Part shown: piece by piece, positions 28,409-37,557 of the stretch
How the letters are laid out: each line of letters starts with the position of its first letter
Numbering within the stretch: the stretch's first letter is position 1
Source of the DNA: an uncultured Bacteroidales bacterium
Lineage (GTDB): Bacteria > Bacteroidota > Bacteroidia > Bacteroidales > F082
DNA length: 64,000 nucleotides
Direction: 5' to 3'
Assembly (NCBI GenBank): GCA_947166105.1
Contig: CAMVCZ010000010.1
Span: 3,037 to 67,036, forward strand
Program-made: the position numbers and the translations under genes
Notes under the pieces: generated by a model
What the model saw: the letters and a program-made list of their open reading frames with translations, nothing else
The model's database searches: none
Told to the model about the DNA's origin: nothing

Positions 28409-30699
28409 ATTGTTTTGTTTTCATTTGTGACTGGTTGTTTGGCGCTATTGAGCACTTCTTTGGCGTGGCTTTCGGAGGCCACGAACCATACTTTGTCGCC
28501 GTCGAGGAAGGTGATGGAGGATTCCGGGTTAAGGATGAAATCGTCGCCGCGTTCCACCGCTATCACAAAGACATTGAAGCGGTTACGCAGGTCGGAGTCG
28601 TGCAAGGTCACACCCTCGTAGCGGTCGCCTTTGGTCACCACCGAGCAATAAATGTCGACATCGCTTTCAGGCCGTTCCTTGACGAGCACGTCGTCCTCCA
28701 CCTCGATGCGTGAGCGCACCTTAGCCAACTGTTCCTCAGTGCCCAACAGCGTGATTTCGTCCATCGGGAACAGCATAAAGTCGCGCCTCGGCAGGTCAAT
28801 GACCTCATCGGCACGGTCAACACTCACCACGCTCGCATCGTAAGCGTCGTGGAAGTCGGTCTCGCGGATGTGTTTGCCAGCATATATACTCTTGGCACTC
28901 AGCGTCATTTTCTCCAAAACGAAGTTTTCCTGCAAAATCTCAGGCACCACAAACGATTGCAGCGTTTGGCGGTTGTTCATATTGTCCAAAAAACGTTTCT
29001 CGATGCGCTCGTACCAGTGCATCACTGGACTTATCCCCCTCAGTATGAGAAGATAAGCCAATGAAGCGACAATGGCTATGACGAGGTCGTCCATCTGAAT
29101 GTTAAGCGAGCGCCAAAACTCGTCGTTGAGTCCATGTTGGAACACTCGCGCCGTGAAACCCCAAGCGATGACGAAACCCAAGGCAAACAAAATCCTGACC
29201 ATTCGGTTGTTCGCCTTGTTTTCCTTGACCATTTTTACGGTCTCCTCGTCCAAGTCGCGCTTGAAAGCCAGCGCCCAAATGAACGGCGAAAGGACAAGCA
29301 ACAAAGCCGCAAGGACAATCACCCCAGAATAGGGCTGCAAAACATTGTTCATTACAGGTTCGAGGAGCGAGAAAGTGATGAGCATCAAGGCCAAAAGGAT
29401 AGCCGAGTAGAGCACGGCACTTTTCACCCGACCGACCACGAAATCCTTCATAGTCAGTTGGTTGCCGCGTTTGATTTTCAGGTTTTTCTCCTTGCTGCCG
29501 AAAAACTGCGTCCAACTTTCGGGCACTTTATTGTTGATCCAATTATAGAGCGGTTCGCCGCCTTTTATCAGATAAGGTGTAAGGAAAGTGGTGATGATGG
29601 ACACCGAAACGATGATGGGATAAAGGAAGTCGTCGATCACGCCGAAACTCATACCCACCGTGGCGATGATGAACGAAAACTCGCCGATTTGCCCGAAACA
29701 CATTCCGGCACGCACGGCGTTGTGGAGGTTGTCGCGCGAAAGCAACATACCCACGCCCGAAGTCAACGACTTAAGCACCACCACGGCCACCGTAATCACC
29801 AAAATTTGCCACCAATACTGCACCAAAACGGACGGATTGACCATCATACCCACCGACACGAAAAACACCGCTCCGAACAGGTTCTTGATGGGTGTGGTGA
29901 GTTTGTGAATCATCTCAGCCTCAAGCGTTTCGGCCAAGATGCTGCCCATAATGAAAGCACCCAGGGCCGACGAGAAACCGGCTTTGTTGGCTAACCAAAC
30001 CATAAAGAAACAAAGGCCAACGGCAAACACCGTCAGGGTCTCTTCCGACATAAACTTGCGCGACCATTTCAGGACAGTCGGGATGAGAAACACGCCACCG
30101 ACATACCACACCAAAAGGAAGAAAACGAGGCGCAAAACGCTGAACAGCAATTCGGTGCCGTTCAAGGCCGTGCTAACCGCCAAGGTGGAGAGAATCACCA
30201 TCATTAAGATGGCGGCCAAATCCTCGACCACCAAAACGCCGATGACGCTGCCGGTGAACTTCTCGCTTTTCAGTTTCAGGTCGTCGAAAGCCTTGGCGAT
30301 AATCGTTGTCGACGACATTGAAAGCATAGCACCAAGGAAAATGCTGTCCATCTGCGACCAGCCCATCACCTTGCCGAGCAGGAAGCCGATGATGCACATC
30401 GAGACCAATTCCGTCAATGCTGTAATGCCCACAGTGCCAGCCTGTTTCTTCAGTTTCTTGAAACTGAATTCCAAGCCGATGGCAAACAAGAGGAACACCA
30501 TTCCGATTTCGCTCCAAATCTCAACGCTTTCGTGGTCGCTGATGACCGGAAACCACGGAAAATAAGGCCCAATGAGCAGTCCCGCGATGATGTATCCCAA
30601 CACCAAAGGCTGCTTCAGCCACTTGAAAATCACTGTAGTAACACCTGCCGTGACAAGAATTAAGGCGAGGTCGGAGAATAATGCGGGTAAGGATTCCAT
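28390..30699 (-). CDS. Kef-type cation:proton antiporter with two C-terminal RCK_C/TrkA-C domains (copy 1)
   Basis: Paralog of 26066..28357. Both share the N-terminus MESLPALFSDLALILVTAG and many conserved blocks. Confidence 0.8.
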   Translation of the reverse strand: MESLPALFSDLALILVTAGVTTVIFKWLKQPLVLGYIIAGLLIGPYFPWFPVISDHESVEIWSEIGMVFLLFAIGLEFSFKKLKKQAGTVGITALTELVSMCIIGFLLGKVMGWSQMDSIFLGAMLSMSSTTIIAKAFDDLKLKSEKFTGSVIGVLVVEDLAAILMMVILSTLAVSTALNGTELLFSVLRLVFFLLVWYVGGVFLIPTVLKWSRKFMSEETLTVFAVGLCFFMVWLANKAGFSSALGAFIMGSILAETLEAEMIHKLTTPIKNLFGAVFFVSVGMMVNPSVLVQYWWQILVITVAVVVLKSLTSGVGMLLSRDNLHNAVRAGMCFGQIGEFSFIIATVGMSFGVIDDFLYPIIVSVSIITTFLTPYLIKGGEPLYNWINNKVPESWTQFFGSKEKNLKIKRGNQLTMKDFVVGRVKSAVLYSAILLALMLITFSLLEPVMNNVLQPYSGVIVLAALLLVLSPFIWALAFKRDLDEETVKMVKENKANNRMVRILFALGFVIAWGFTARVFQHGLNDEFWRSLNIQMDDLVIAIVASLAYLLILRGISPVMHWYERIEKRFLDNMNNRQTLQSFVVPEILQENFVLEKMTLSAKSIYAGKHIRETDFHDAYDASVVSVDRADEVIDLPRRDFMLFPMDEITLLGTEEQLAKVRSRIEVEDDVLVKERPESDVDIYCSVVTKGDRYEGVTLHDSDLRNRFNVFVIAVERGDDFILNPESSITFLDGDKVWFVASESHAKEVLNSAKQPVTNENKTILNSKL

Positions 30700-30719
30700 A
30701 ACATATCTTTTTGGGACTG

Positions 30720-30727
30720 CAAAGGTA
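30720..30727 (-). promoter_or_regulatory. -7 promoter box (TACCTTTG) for the antiporter-antiporter-topB unit
   Basis: The reverse complement of caaaggta, 20 nt upstream of ATG 30699. Confidence 0.45.
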
Positions 30728-30814
30728 CAAACTTAACTTGAAAGCTCAAAACAGAAAAACGAGTCTTTCCATACGGATTCATCGGAACAAAAACAACTTT
30801 GGAATTGTCATTGG

Positions 30815-31690
30815 TCAAGGATGCAAACTATTCCAATAGGGTCGAAGAATGTTTCGTATTAGCCCTCCAACTGTAACAAATGGCAGAGACTCGCCGAACT
30901 TTATCCTTCTTAGAAATCCTTCCCAATACATATTGCGGTTGTTATCGGTATAGAACTCCTCGGTAAACAGAGGATGATTCTCCACATACTTCGTGTCGCG
31001 GTTGGCAAAGGTCGCATTGATGGCATCGCCAAGGATTTCAGCATCGATATCCTGTCTCGTCATGATTTGGTACACGTCAAAGAAGTCTTTCATGCGGCTG
31101 TTACCTAACGACAGCGAAACCATCGCCTGAAACTTCTCGGCCACGACGGTTTCCAATGAGTAGGCCAAGATGGTTGTGCCTGGTACCGTATCGATTAAAG
31201 CTGGAAACGCCAACTGCTGAGGGTATGGGGTAATCACATCGCCAAATCCCACATCCATCGAAATGCGTTGCTGTGCCGTGTCCAGATGAGCCAAGAGCGA
31301 AACGCGCAAACCATGATATTCCTTGGTGATGGCAATCTCGCCTGTCTCTATCGTATTGCTGTCAAACATAACGCCATCCTCTTCACATTCGATCTGGCAA
31401 ATCTTTTGGAATGCACCCTTGATGTTCTCGGCATCGTTGCTGATGCGCCTTGCCATGAAGTCTATGTCCAAGGTGGGACGCGCCTGAAACCCGTCATGGG
31501 CATAGAGCAGCGCGCCACCTTTCAGGATAAAACTGTCCTTGTATTCGCTGACCGAAAGCCTGTACAGCAGACGTTCTTGGAAATAGCGTGAGAGCAGCAG
31601 CTGCAAGCTGTACTGCTCATCCCGTGAGATATTAAGCAAGCGTTCCTTGACGGACTTGCCATAATTGCTGAGGTTCTTTTTCTTGGCCAT
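30815..31690 (-). CDS. abiEii: AbiEii/AbiGii-family nucleotidyltransferase toxin
   Basis: FILKGGALLYAHDG..RPTLDIDFMARR matches the AbiEii NTase motif region. 291 aa, and directly downstream of an AbiEi-like gene. Confidence 0.75.
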   Translation of the reverse strand: MAKKKNLSNYGKSVKERLLNISRDEQYSLQLLLSRYFQERLLYRLSVSEYKDSFILKGGALLYAHDGFQARPTLDIDFMARRISNDAENIKGAFQKICQIECEEDGVMFDSNTIETGEIAITKEYHGLRVSLLAHLDTAQQRISMDVGFGDVITPYPQQLAFPALIDTVPGTTILAYSLETVVAEKFQAMVSLSLGNSRMKDFFDVYQIMTRQDIDAEILGDAINATFANRDTKYVENHPLFTEEFYTDNNRNMYWEGFLRRIKFGESLPFVTVGGLIRNILRPYWNSLHP

Positions 31691-31695
31691 AAAAG

Positions 31696-32295
31696 TTATA
31701 CCATGTATTTAACGAGTTCATCCATGAGTTTCCCGATGCGCATAACGATTGCGTATGAGTATAGTTTCGTGATGTCACAATCCTTTCGCGAGAGATAGTT
31801 TCGGAATATCTCAGAGCTAACATCAATTCCCACGCGGTTGCGGTACTTGATGGCATCGCAAACCGACTTCTCCAGGTCATAGATTTTCACCGTGAAGCCT
31901 TCTATGACAGCCTCAGTCACGCCAAGTTCAAAAACCTTACTGCTGAGGTAGAAGAGTTCTATCGGCGGGTAATCCGGCAGAACCACCTTGCGGCTGCGTT
32001 CGATAGCGATGCAATAGGAAAGGGGTATCTGCGTGCTCAGCCCATAATGTGACCAGGCTGAATACATACACAACACGCCGCTTGGCACGAGTCGTTCCAC
32101 GTCAACCATAGGTTTGGCCAGCCCCTCGCTAAGCGCATAGATTCCTTGGCGCACCCGTATGATAGTCCCTTTCTCGGCTTCATAAAGAAGCTGGTTGTAC
32201 AGGTTTTTCTCCTTGGCCTCCGCCGAGGAGATATACCCTCCATTCTGGTTTATATACTCTTTGATGTCCACTTTTTCGCAAATATATTGCTGCAA
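31696..32295 (-). CDS. abiEi: AbiEi-family type IV antitoxin/transcriptional regulator
   Basis: The N-terminal wHTH-like region ends in GTIIRVRQGIYAL, the family-typical R..rGvY. 199 aa. The ORF-track start is a TTG, so the true start is uncertain. Confidence 0.65.
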   Translation of the reverse strand: MQQYICEKVDIKEYINQNGGYISSAEAKEKNLYNQLLYEAEKGTIIRVRQGIYALSEGLAKPMVDVERLVPSGVLCMYSAWSHYGLSTQIPLSYCIAIERSRKVVLPDYPPIELFYLSSKVFELGVTEAVIEGFTVKIYDLEKSVCDAIKYRNRVGIDVSSEIFRNYLSRKDCDITKLYSYAIVMRIGKLMDELVKYMV

Positions 32296-32298
32296 AAA

Positions 32299-32324
32299 TA
32301 CTGCATTTTTTCAAAAGTGCAGTA
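32299..32324. promoter_or_regulatory. perfect 7-bp inverted repeat TACTGCA-N12-TGCAGTA abutting the abiEi start
   Basis: Arms at 32299-32305 and 32318-32324. On the minus strand it is followed by TTTTT, so it could be an operator and/or the terminator of the upstream operon. Confidence 0.5.
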
Positions 32325-32416
32325 GATTTATAGGATTTTTTTTCCGAAAAGTTACTCACAATTGGAGCAAACGCCCATCGTCACAAATGCTTCTTCTGTT
32401 AATTTGCGCATAATCT

Positions 32417-32659
32417 TCAAATTAATCCATCATTATAATGTTTACCTGTTACATAATCTTCAAGAATCAGATTACCCCATTTAGTTGAACCATTCCTTTC
32501 ACCCAAGAAATCATACCATTTCTTTAAAACCATTTCCGTGTTTGAAATGTAGAAATATCCACCCCCAGCGTCCTTGTATTTCTCGTAAAGTGCTCTTACA
32601 TACTTTCGCATCGGCCCCAATTTGATCTTGATAAGGGTTTTCTTTTCCGATTTTTTCAC
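32417..32659 (-). CDS. 80-codon ORF, probably the displaced C-terminal part of the upstream palm-like gene
   Basis: Starts at a GTG inside GGTGAAAAAATCGG. Its sequence looks protein-like (..YVRALYEKYKDAGGGYFYISNTEMVLKKWYDFLGERNG..), while the overlapping tail of the 32511..33221 ORF does not. Confidence 0.4.
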   Translation of the reverse strand: MKKSEKKTLIKIKLGPMRKYVRALYEKYKDAGGGYFYISNTEMVLKKWYDFLGERNGSTKWGNLILEDYVTGKHYNDGLI

Positions 32660-33200
32660 CTATAAACTCAAACCAATTTACACACGGCATTTCTACCCAG
32701 CCTTCTTTTTTTATTGGTATTATCATTTCAGTGACCAAGTCGGGGATGGTTAGATTGACCGCAACCGGCAGAATAAGATCTGCTTTCTCATAAGCTATTT
32801 TATCCAGTACTATGCCATAAAAAAACAGTTTGTTTTGGAGTTCATATACCCTTGCTAAAGGTTCGCCTAACCAAATGTTTCTTTCCTTGTCAATTGTAAT
32901 AGTACCATAAGAAATTGCTCCATTGACAGCATATCCATGTTTAATGCAATAAGCCTCAATTTGAGCACAAAACAAAACCAATGATTCATATCCATCAACT
33001 GAATCATCAATTGTAGCTGCCATTATTGAATCAGAGTAATAATTGATGATAAGATTATTCTTTCTATACACTTTTGTAATATCATCAATCTCAGCATATA
33101 ACATATAGATTTTTTTGACGCCTTCTGTTTTTATCAGGTTTTTTATGCCCATAATATCCAAGAAGGCAATAAATCTATTTTTTGTAATGCTATCCAACAT
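32511..33200 (-). CDS. hypothetical protein with palm-domain cyclase/polymerase-like motifs (possibly frameshifted)
   Basis: FIAFLDIMGIKNLI .. (41 aa) .. YYSDSIMAAT .. NGAISYGTITI resembles the two acidic motifs of class III cyclase, GGDEF, Cas10 and mCpol palm domains. ATG 33200 was chosen because the track start is a TTG. Confidence 0.35.
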   Translation of the reverse strand: MLDSITKNRFIAFLDIMGIKNLIKTEGVKKIYMLYAEIDDITKVYRKNNLIINYYSDSIMAATIDDSVDGYESLVLFCAQIEAYCIKHGYAVNGAISYGTITIDKERNIWLGEPLARVYELQNKLFFYGIVLDKIAYEKADLILPVAVNLTIPDLVTEMIIPIKKEGWVEMPCVNWFEFIGEKIGKENPYQDQIGADAKVCKSTLREIQGRWGWIFLHFKHGNGFKEMV

Positions 33201-33207
33201 ATTACGT

Positions 33208-34227
33208 TTATTTTTCAACAAGTTTAAAACTCTTCCAATAATGAGATTTTTGATAATAACTCAATATGCTTTTTGACAAAACAATAATTGGATTTGTAAA
33301 CAAAAAAGTATTTTGCTCAATTAAAGGTGGTAATCCCAACATGGAAATCTTAGGAGAACCACAAGAATAAAAAGCCTCATCCTTTATCCTTTTCACACTG
33401 GCAGGAATTGTTATAGTTTCCAAATAATCACAATACTTCATCATACCCCTTCCAATCTCTTCAATTCCATCTGGAAACACAATTGATTTCAAGGATTTAC
33501 AGTAAGAAAAACACTCATTACCTATATGATTTATACTATTTGAAAGTACAATGCTTTTTAGACTTCGACAACTCTCAAATGCCTTGTCTCCAATGCTTTG
33601 AATGTTAGAGCCAATGTCCAACACTCTCAATGAACCACAATTATAAAAAGAACCGTCACCAATTTCTTCAATAGTCTGGGGAAGATAGATTTCTTTAATA
33701 TCACCGCAATTCTTAAAAGCATCATCACCTATCTTTGTAATGGTATAGGTATTCCCTTTAAATACAACTCTATCAGGAATATACAACTTGCCTTTTACAT
33801 AATTACAATTCAAAACGACAGCATTTGTTCCCTCGATATTCAATGCAACAATATTACCATCATCAAACACTATGTAGAAATCATAATCGGTCTTTCGTTC
33901 GGATCCGCATTCTACTTTATAATTGATTTTGTTCTTTTTGAATTGACTATTTAACCCACTCGGTGCTGTTGCATAATTATCTAAATCTAGACTTTTGATT
34001 TTTTCTATTGCAGCTTTACTTGAAGGATTTAATGCCAAATACTTGTACACTGTCGACTTTGCCGAATCGATTTTCCCCATACCCTCATATGCATCAGCCA
34101 ACCAAAGATAGGCCTCTTCCTTTTTCGGGTCGTTTTCAATGACTACCTGAAAAAACTCAATTGCTTGAAGAAATTGTCCTTTCTGGCACAACTCTATTCC
34201 TTTTTTTATTAATTGGTTATTATCCAT
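33208..34227 (-). CDS. TPR + BspA-type leucine-rich-repeat (LRR_5) protein, no signal peptide
   Basis: N-terminal TPRs (GQFLQAIEFFQVVIENDPKKEEAYLWLADAYEGMG). C-terminal repeats of the ..I.IP.SV..IG..AF..C..L.. type (IGDDAFKNCGDIKEIYLP, IGDGSFYNCGSLRVLDI, IGDKAFESCRSLKSIVL and others). Confidence 0.7.
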   Translation of the reverse strand: MDNNQLIKKGIELCQKGQFLQAIEFFQVVIENDPKKEEAYLWLADAYEGMGKIDSAKSTVYKYLALNPSSKAAIEKIKSLDLDNYATAPSGLNSQFKKNKINYKVECGSERKTDYDFYIVFDDGNIVALNIEGTNAVVLNCNYVKGKLYIPDRVVFKGNTYTITKIGDDAFKNCGDIKEIYLPQTIEEIGDGSFYNCGSLRVLDIGSNIQSIGDKAFESCRSLKSIVLSNSINHIGNECFSYCKSLKSIVFPDGIEEIGRGMMKYCDYLETITIPASVKRIKDEAFYSCGSPKISMLGLPPLIEQNTFLFTNPIIVLSKSILSYYQKSHYWKSFKLVEK

Positions 34228-34247
34228 AGCATTATCAAATTCTTTGA

Positions 34248-35495
34248 TTAAATTTCCTCCCAAACCAGCCTCACCCTAAACGGATGCTCTTCCATTTTCC
34301 AAACCAAAACCCGTTCCTTTTCTGCCATGCCCACCTCATCATAATAAGGCACAAATGCATCACCGTTGTACTCCTTCAGAAGAATGTCCATTTTTCTGAC
34401 CAATTGCTGTTTTTCAGCATAACCTTTGTCATTGTCGTTTTGGGCATATCGCAGTTCAATCTTGCTTTTATCGGTATGATCGCCTGCCATTTCCAAACGG
34501 TTGCGTCTATCCTTGGCTTCCATAATCTTTTTGTTGACCGCAAGGATGCTGGCTTTGGTCAGAGCAATCTGCCACAAAATGAACTTCGGCAAAGCATCGA
34601 CCAATTTCACTTCATCATACACACAGGCAATCGACATGTCATCCTGACTGCCACGTTTGCTCAGCACTGGCAGGGTCTCTTTGATGTCCGCAAAGGTAGC
34701 ATCATAACCATCAGTTACCAAGGACTTGGCCACTTTCACATAGAAATTCACCAAATTGGTTTCTTCGCCAAAAGAGTCGTCCATGCCATCGGATCCAAGA
34801 AAAATGGCAACAGGGAAGCCACCATCGCCTTGATAGGTGTAGCGGAACTCGTTCAAGGCATCGGAATCGCAAATCGAAGTGGTCTTGTTGAGGAAGCAGC
34901 GGTCGTCCCAAAGCACAGGTTCTTTCCATTGTGCCTCATGGTCGAATGAAATCATCTTTCCGTCGCCGAGATGGAAGGCAAACCAATATTTTGGCGTTTG
35001 CACATACGCCATCAACGTGCAACCATAAATCTTTTCCAACTTATAGCCTGACAAAAACTCCTTTTTGTACTGATCTTCAACCTGAGCATTCTCCTTTTCG
35101 GTCAGAGGATTCTCAGCAGCATGTCGCTCAATCCGTTGCTGCCATTGGCTGATGATGGAGGCGAACAACTGCCTGAAAGCCATATCGACAGGCTTTTCCT
35201 TGCGGAAATCCTGACGGTCTATTTCCGTCTGAATGGCCGCTTGTTGGGTGAATGGCTGGCCAACAAGCAGAGTTTCGTCAATATGATTGACAAACTCCCT
35301 TACATTGTTGGCGATAATCTCGGTGGCAAAACGTGCTCCCACATCGCTGCGGAAATAGTGCTTTCCACCGTGGCCATCACACACAACGGCAATGGCCAGA
35401 CCATTCTCGTCAACATGACTGTAAGAATAGTCTTGGCACATTTTATCAGTTGCCTTGTGGCTTTCGCCTTGGCAATGAAAATCGAAACACCTCAT
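34248..35495 (-). CDS. PP2C-family Ser/Thr protein phosphatase (TerY-P triad component)
   Basis: CQDYSY..AIAVVCDGHGGKHYFRSDVGA and a later GSDGMDD. ATG 35495 was chosen because the track start is a TTG. Confidence 0.8.
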   Translation of the reverse strand: MRCFDFHCQGESHKATDKMCQDYSYSHVDENGLAIAVVCDGHGGKHYFRSDVGARFATEIIANNVREFVNHIDETLLVGQPFTQQAAIQTEIDRQDFRKEKPVDMAFRQLFASIISQWQQRIERHAAENPLTEKENAQVEDQYKKEFLSGYKLEKIYGCTLMAYVQTPKYWFAFHLGDGKMISFDHEAQWKEPVLWDDRCFLNKTTSICDSDALNEFRYTYQGDGGFPVAIFLGSDGMDDSFGEETNLVNFYVKVAKSLVTDGYDATFADIKETLPVLSKRGSQDDMSIACVYDEVKLVDALPKFILWQIALTKASILAVNKKIMEAKDRRNRLEMAGDHTDKSKIELRYAQNDNDKGYAEKQQLVRKMDILLKEYNGDAFVPYYDEVGMAEKERVLVWKMEEHPFRVRLVWEEI

Positions 35496-35506
35496 GGGAT
35501 AGGTTT

Positions 35507-36250
35507 TTAATCCCAATCGTCAGAATATGAGCTGCCGTCAACTTTCGTTGCGACTTCGGCACCGTCGATGTTATCCACGGCATTCTGTACTTCGCTAATC
35601 ACCTGGTCTTGCTTTGTGGTGTCGCCAGCAGTACTGCTCTTGCTACCTATCTGCGAAGATGTAACGGCCACCACGCGGATGATCTGCTTCAACGCGTCAA
35701 TGTTGTGAACCGTAAACACGGCCTCGTTGGTACCCGTAAACTTGGCTAACACTTCCTTGTCAGCATCGTCGCCGATGGCAATGGCCACCTTGATGGCCGA
35801 TTTGAACCAGTTGTTGGCTTTCAGTTTCGCTAGACCAGCCTCATAATTGTCGGTAGGGGCACCGTCGGACAATAGAATGATTGCAGGGGCAAACGAGCCA
35901 CTTGCAGACTGCATGAAGCCCTTGCTGCGCGACAGTTTGTTTTCCAATTCTTCGCAAGCTGCACCCAATGAGGTCAGGCCGTTGGCTTGAACATCTTGCC
36001 AAACAAATTCATTGGCCAATTTCGGCTCGTTGTAGAGCCAGTTGCAGCCCGTCGAGAACTCCAAAGCTGCCACCTTGATCTCGGCATCCGGATTGGTGAC
36101 GGAAATCTCGTCCAACATGGGCAGCACATTAACCACCGCATCATTGACAGCTCCGATTTTGCTTCCAGCCATACTACCGGAAGTGTCAATCATGAAGAAA
36201 AGCGTCATAGTTCTACGCGGTACACTTACAGTTTCGTCTAATAGTGACAT
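35507..36250 (-). CDS. vWA-domain protein, TerY-like (TerY-P triad component)
   Basis: MIDAS motif DTSGSM in LFFMIDTSGSMAGSKI, then ..GLTSLGAA.. and ..ILLSDGAPTD... 247 aa. Confidence 0.8.
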   Translation of the reverse strand: MSLLDETVSVPRRTMTLFFMIDTSGSMAGSKIGAVNDAVVNVLPMLDEISVTNPDAEIKVAALEFSTGCNWLYNEPKLANEFVWQDVQANGLTSLGAACEELENKLSRSKGFMQSASGSFAPAIILLSDGAPTDNYEAGLAKLKANNWFKSAIKVAIAIGDDADKEVLAKFTGTNEAVFTVHNIDALKQIIRVVAVTSSQIGSKSSTAGDTTKQDQVISEVQNAVDNIDGAEVATKVDGSSYSDDWD

Positions 36251-36262
36251 AATGCTTTGATT

Positions 36263-37534
36263 TTATTGATTATTGATTATGATCTCTCCTTTATTGGCGG
36301 CATTAAAGCCAACCTTGATGCCGTGTTTGACAGGCATAAACTCATTCGGTTCAACCGACTTGACTTTCCCGCTTGGTGTTTCAGCCGTCCATTTTTCTTT
36401 CGTCAGGTTTTGCAAAAGCAGCATATTCCTGTCCTGTGGATTGACGGCGACACGTGCATCTGGTGTGTTGTCGTAGTCGATAAAGAGTCGGGTTCCATTG
36501 GTCAGCAACAGAGTGCGTAATCCTAATTTCAACCTCCTTCTGACATCCACGTCACGCCCGCAATTCATACATTGCGGCTTTGCCTCATCTATGAATGTTT
36601 CTTCGCCACAATGCGGACAAATTACCAACTTGTCACGCAATGAGGCAATCAGCTTCCCCCAATTCTGTTCTATCATTCGGCTTTGTGGATTCTTCAACAT
36701 TTCCGGGCTAAACTCGCGAATAAAAGTATCGCGCAATTCGGCAGGCATGACAGGCCAACGACGTATTACATTCTGATGAATGCCCCTAACAGGCAGATTG
36801 GTCTTGTTATTAGGGTCATAAATGAAAACCGCTTCGCTACCGTAAAACTTCTTTTCGTATGCCTCAGTCATGCAAGGACAGGCCACCACCTTGGCACCCT
36901 CAAACGGATGGTTGGCATAGAACAGCATAAACAAGATAACCGACAACGAAAAACGGTCGCTATACTTGTCGGGAATGCCGCCAGCCACTATCTCTGGCGC
37001 CATATAACGTGCCTTGCCCATAATGCCCGATTTTTCGCCTTGTGGCATCACGTTGTCGTTGTCGCAAATCAGAACGTCGCCCGTGTCGGGATCGATGAAG
37101 AAATTACCATCGTTCAAGTCCTGGTAGCTATAGCCAAAACGGTGCAGCATCATAAAGCCGTTGCAGATCTTCATTGCAGCGGCCATCATTGCCTGAAATG
37201 ATTTGAAACTTTTTTTCGCCAAAAGGAAGTTGCCAAATTCAAAATAATTCTGAGGGCGCAGTGCCATCACATAGCCAAAACTTCCTTTTTGTCGCTCTGA
37301 AATGCGTTCTGGCCAAAGAAATGCCGAACTTGGAGCACCATTCATAACATTATTTGCCAAATTATTGTAAAAGCTCACATCAGGCATGTTATGGTACCAT
37401 TTCAATGCCTTCGGCTGGCCATTCAAATCGACCAAATACACAATTCCCTGGCCACCTCGCCCAAGTTCCTTTTTTATAGTGACAAAGCCACCGTTGAGGA
37501 GGCTAATTTTCTCTCCTGTTCTCAGTTCGCTCAT
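36263..37534 (-). CDS. Ser/Thr protein kinase with C-terminal zinc ribbon and FHA-like tail (TerY-P triad component)
   Basis: Gly loop GRGGQGIVY, Lys in PKALKWY, catalytic loop YQDLNDGNFF, CDNDN (the DFG equivalent) and RYMAPEI. CPHCGEE..CMNCG zinc ribbon. Start at ATG 37534, downstream of its own promoter box. Confidence 0.8.
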   Translation of the reverse strand: MSELRTGEKISLLNGGFVTIKKELGRGGQGIVYLVDLNGQPKALKWYHNMPDVSFYNNLANNVMNGAPSSAFLWPERISERQKGSFGYVMALRPQNYFEFGNFLLAKKSFKSFQAMMAAAMKICNGFMMLHRFGYSYQDLNDGNFFIDPDTGDVLICDNDNVMPQGEKSGIMGKARYMAPEIVAGGIPDKYSDRFSLSVILFMLFYANHPFEGAKVVACPCMTEAYEKKFYGSEAVFIYDPNNKTNLPVRGIHQNVIRRWPVMPAELRDTFIREFSPEMLKNPQSRMIEQNWGKLIASLRDKLVICPHCGEETFIDEAKPQCMNCGRDVDVRRRLKLGLRTLLLTNGTRLFIDYDNTPDARVAVNPQDRNMLLLQNLTKEKWTAETPSGKVKSVEPNEFMPVKHGIKVGFNAANKGEIIINNQ

Positions 37535-37557
37535 TTTTCCATTTTTGTTAGTGACCG

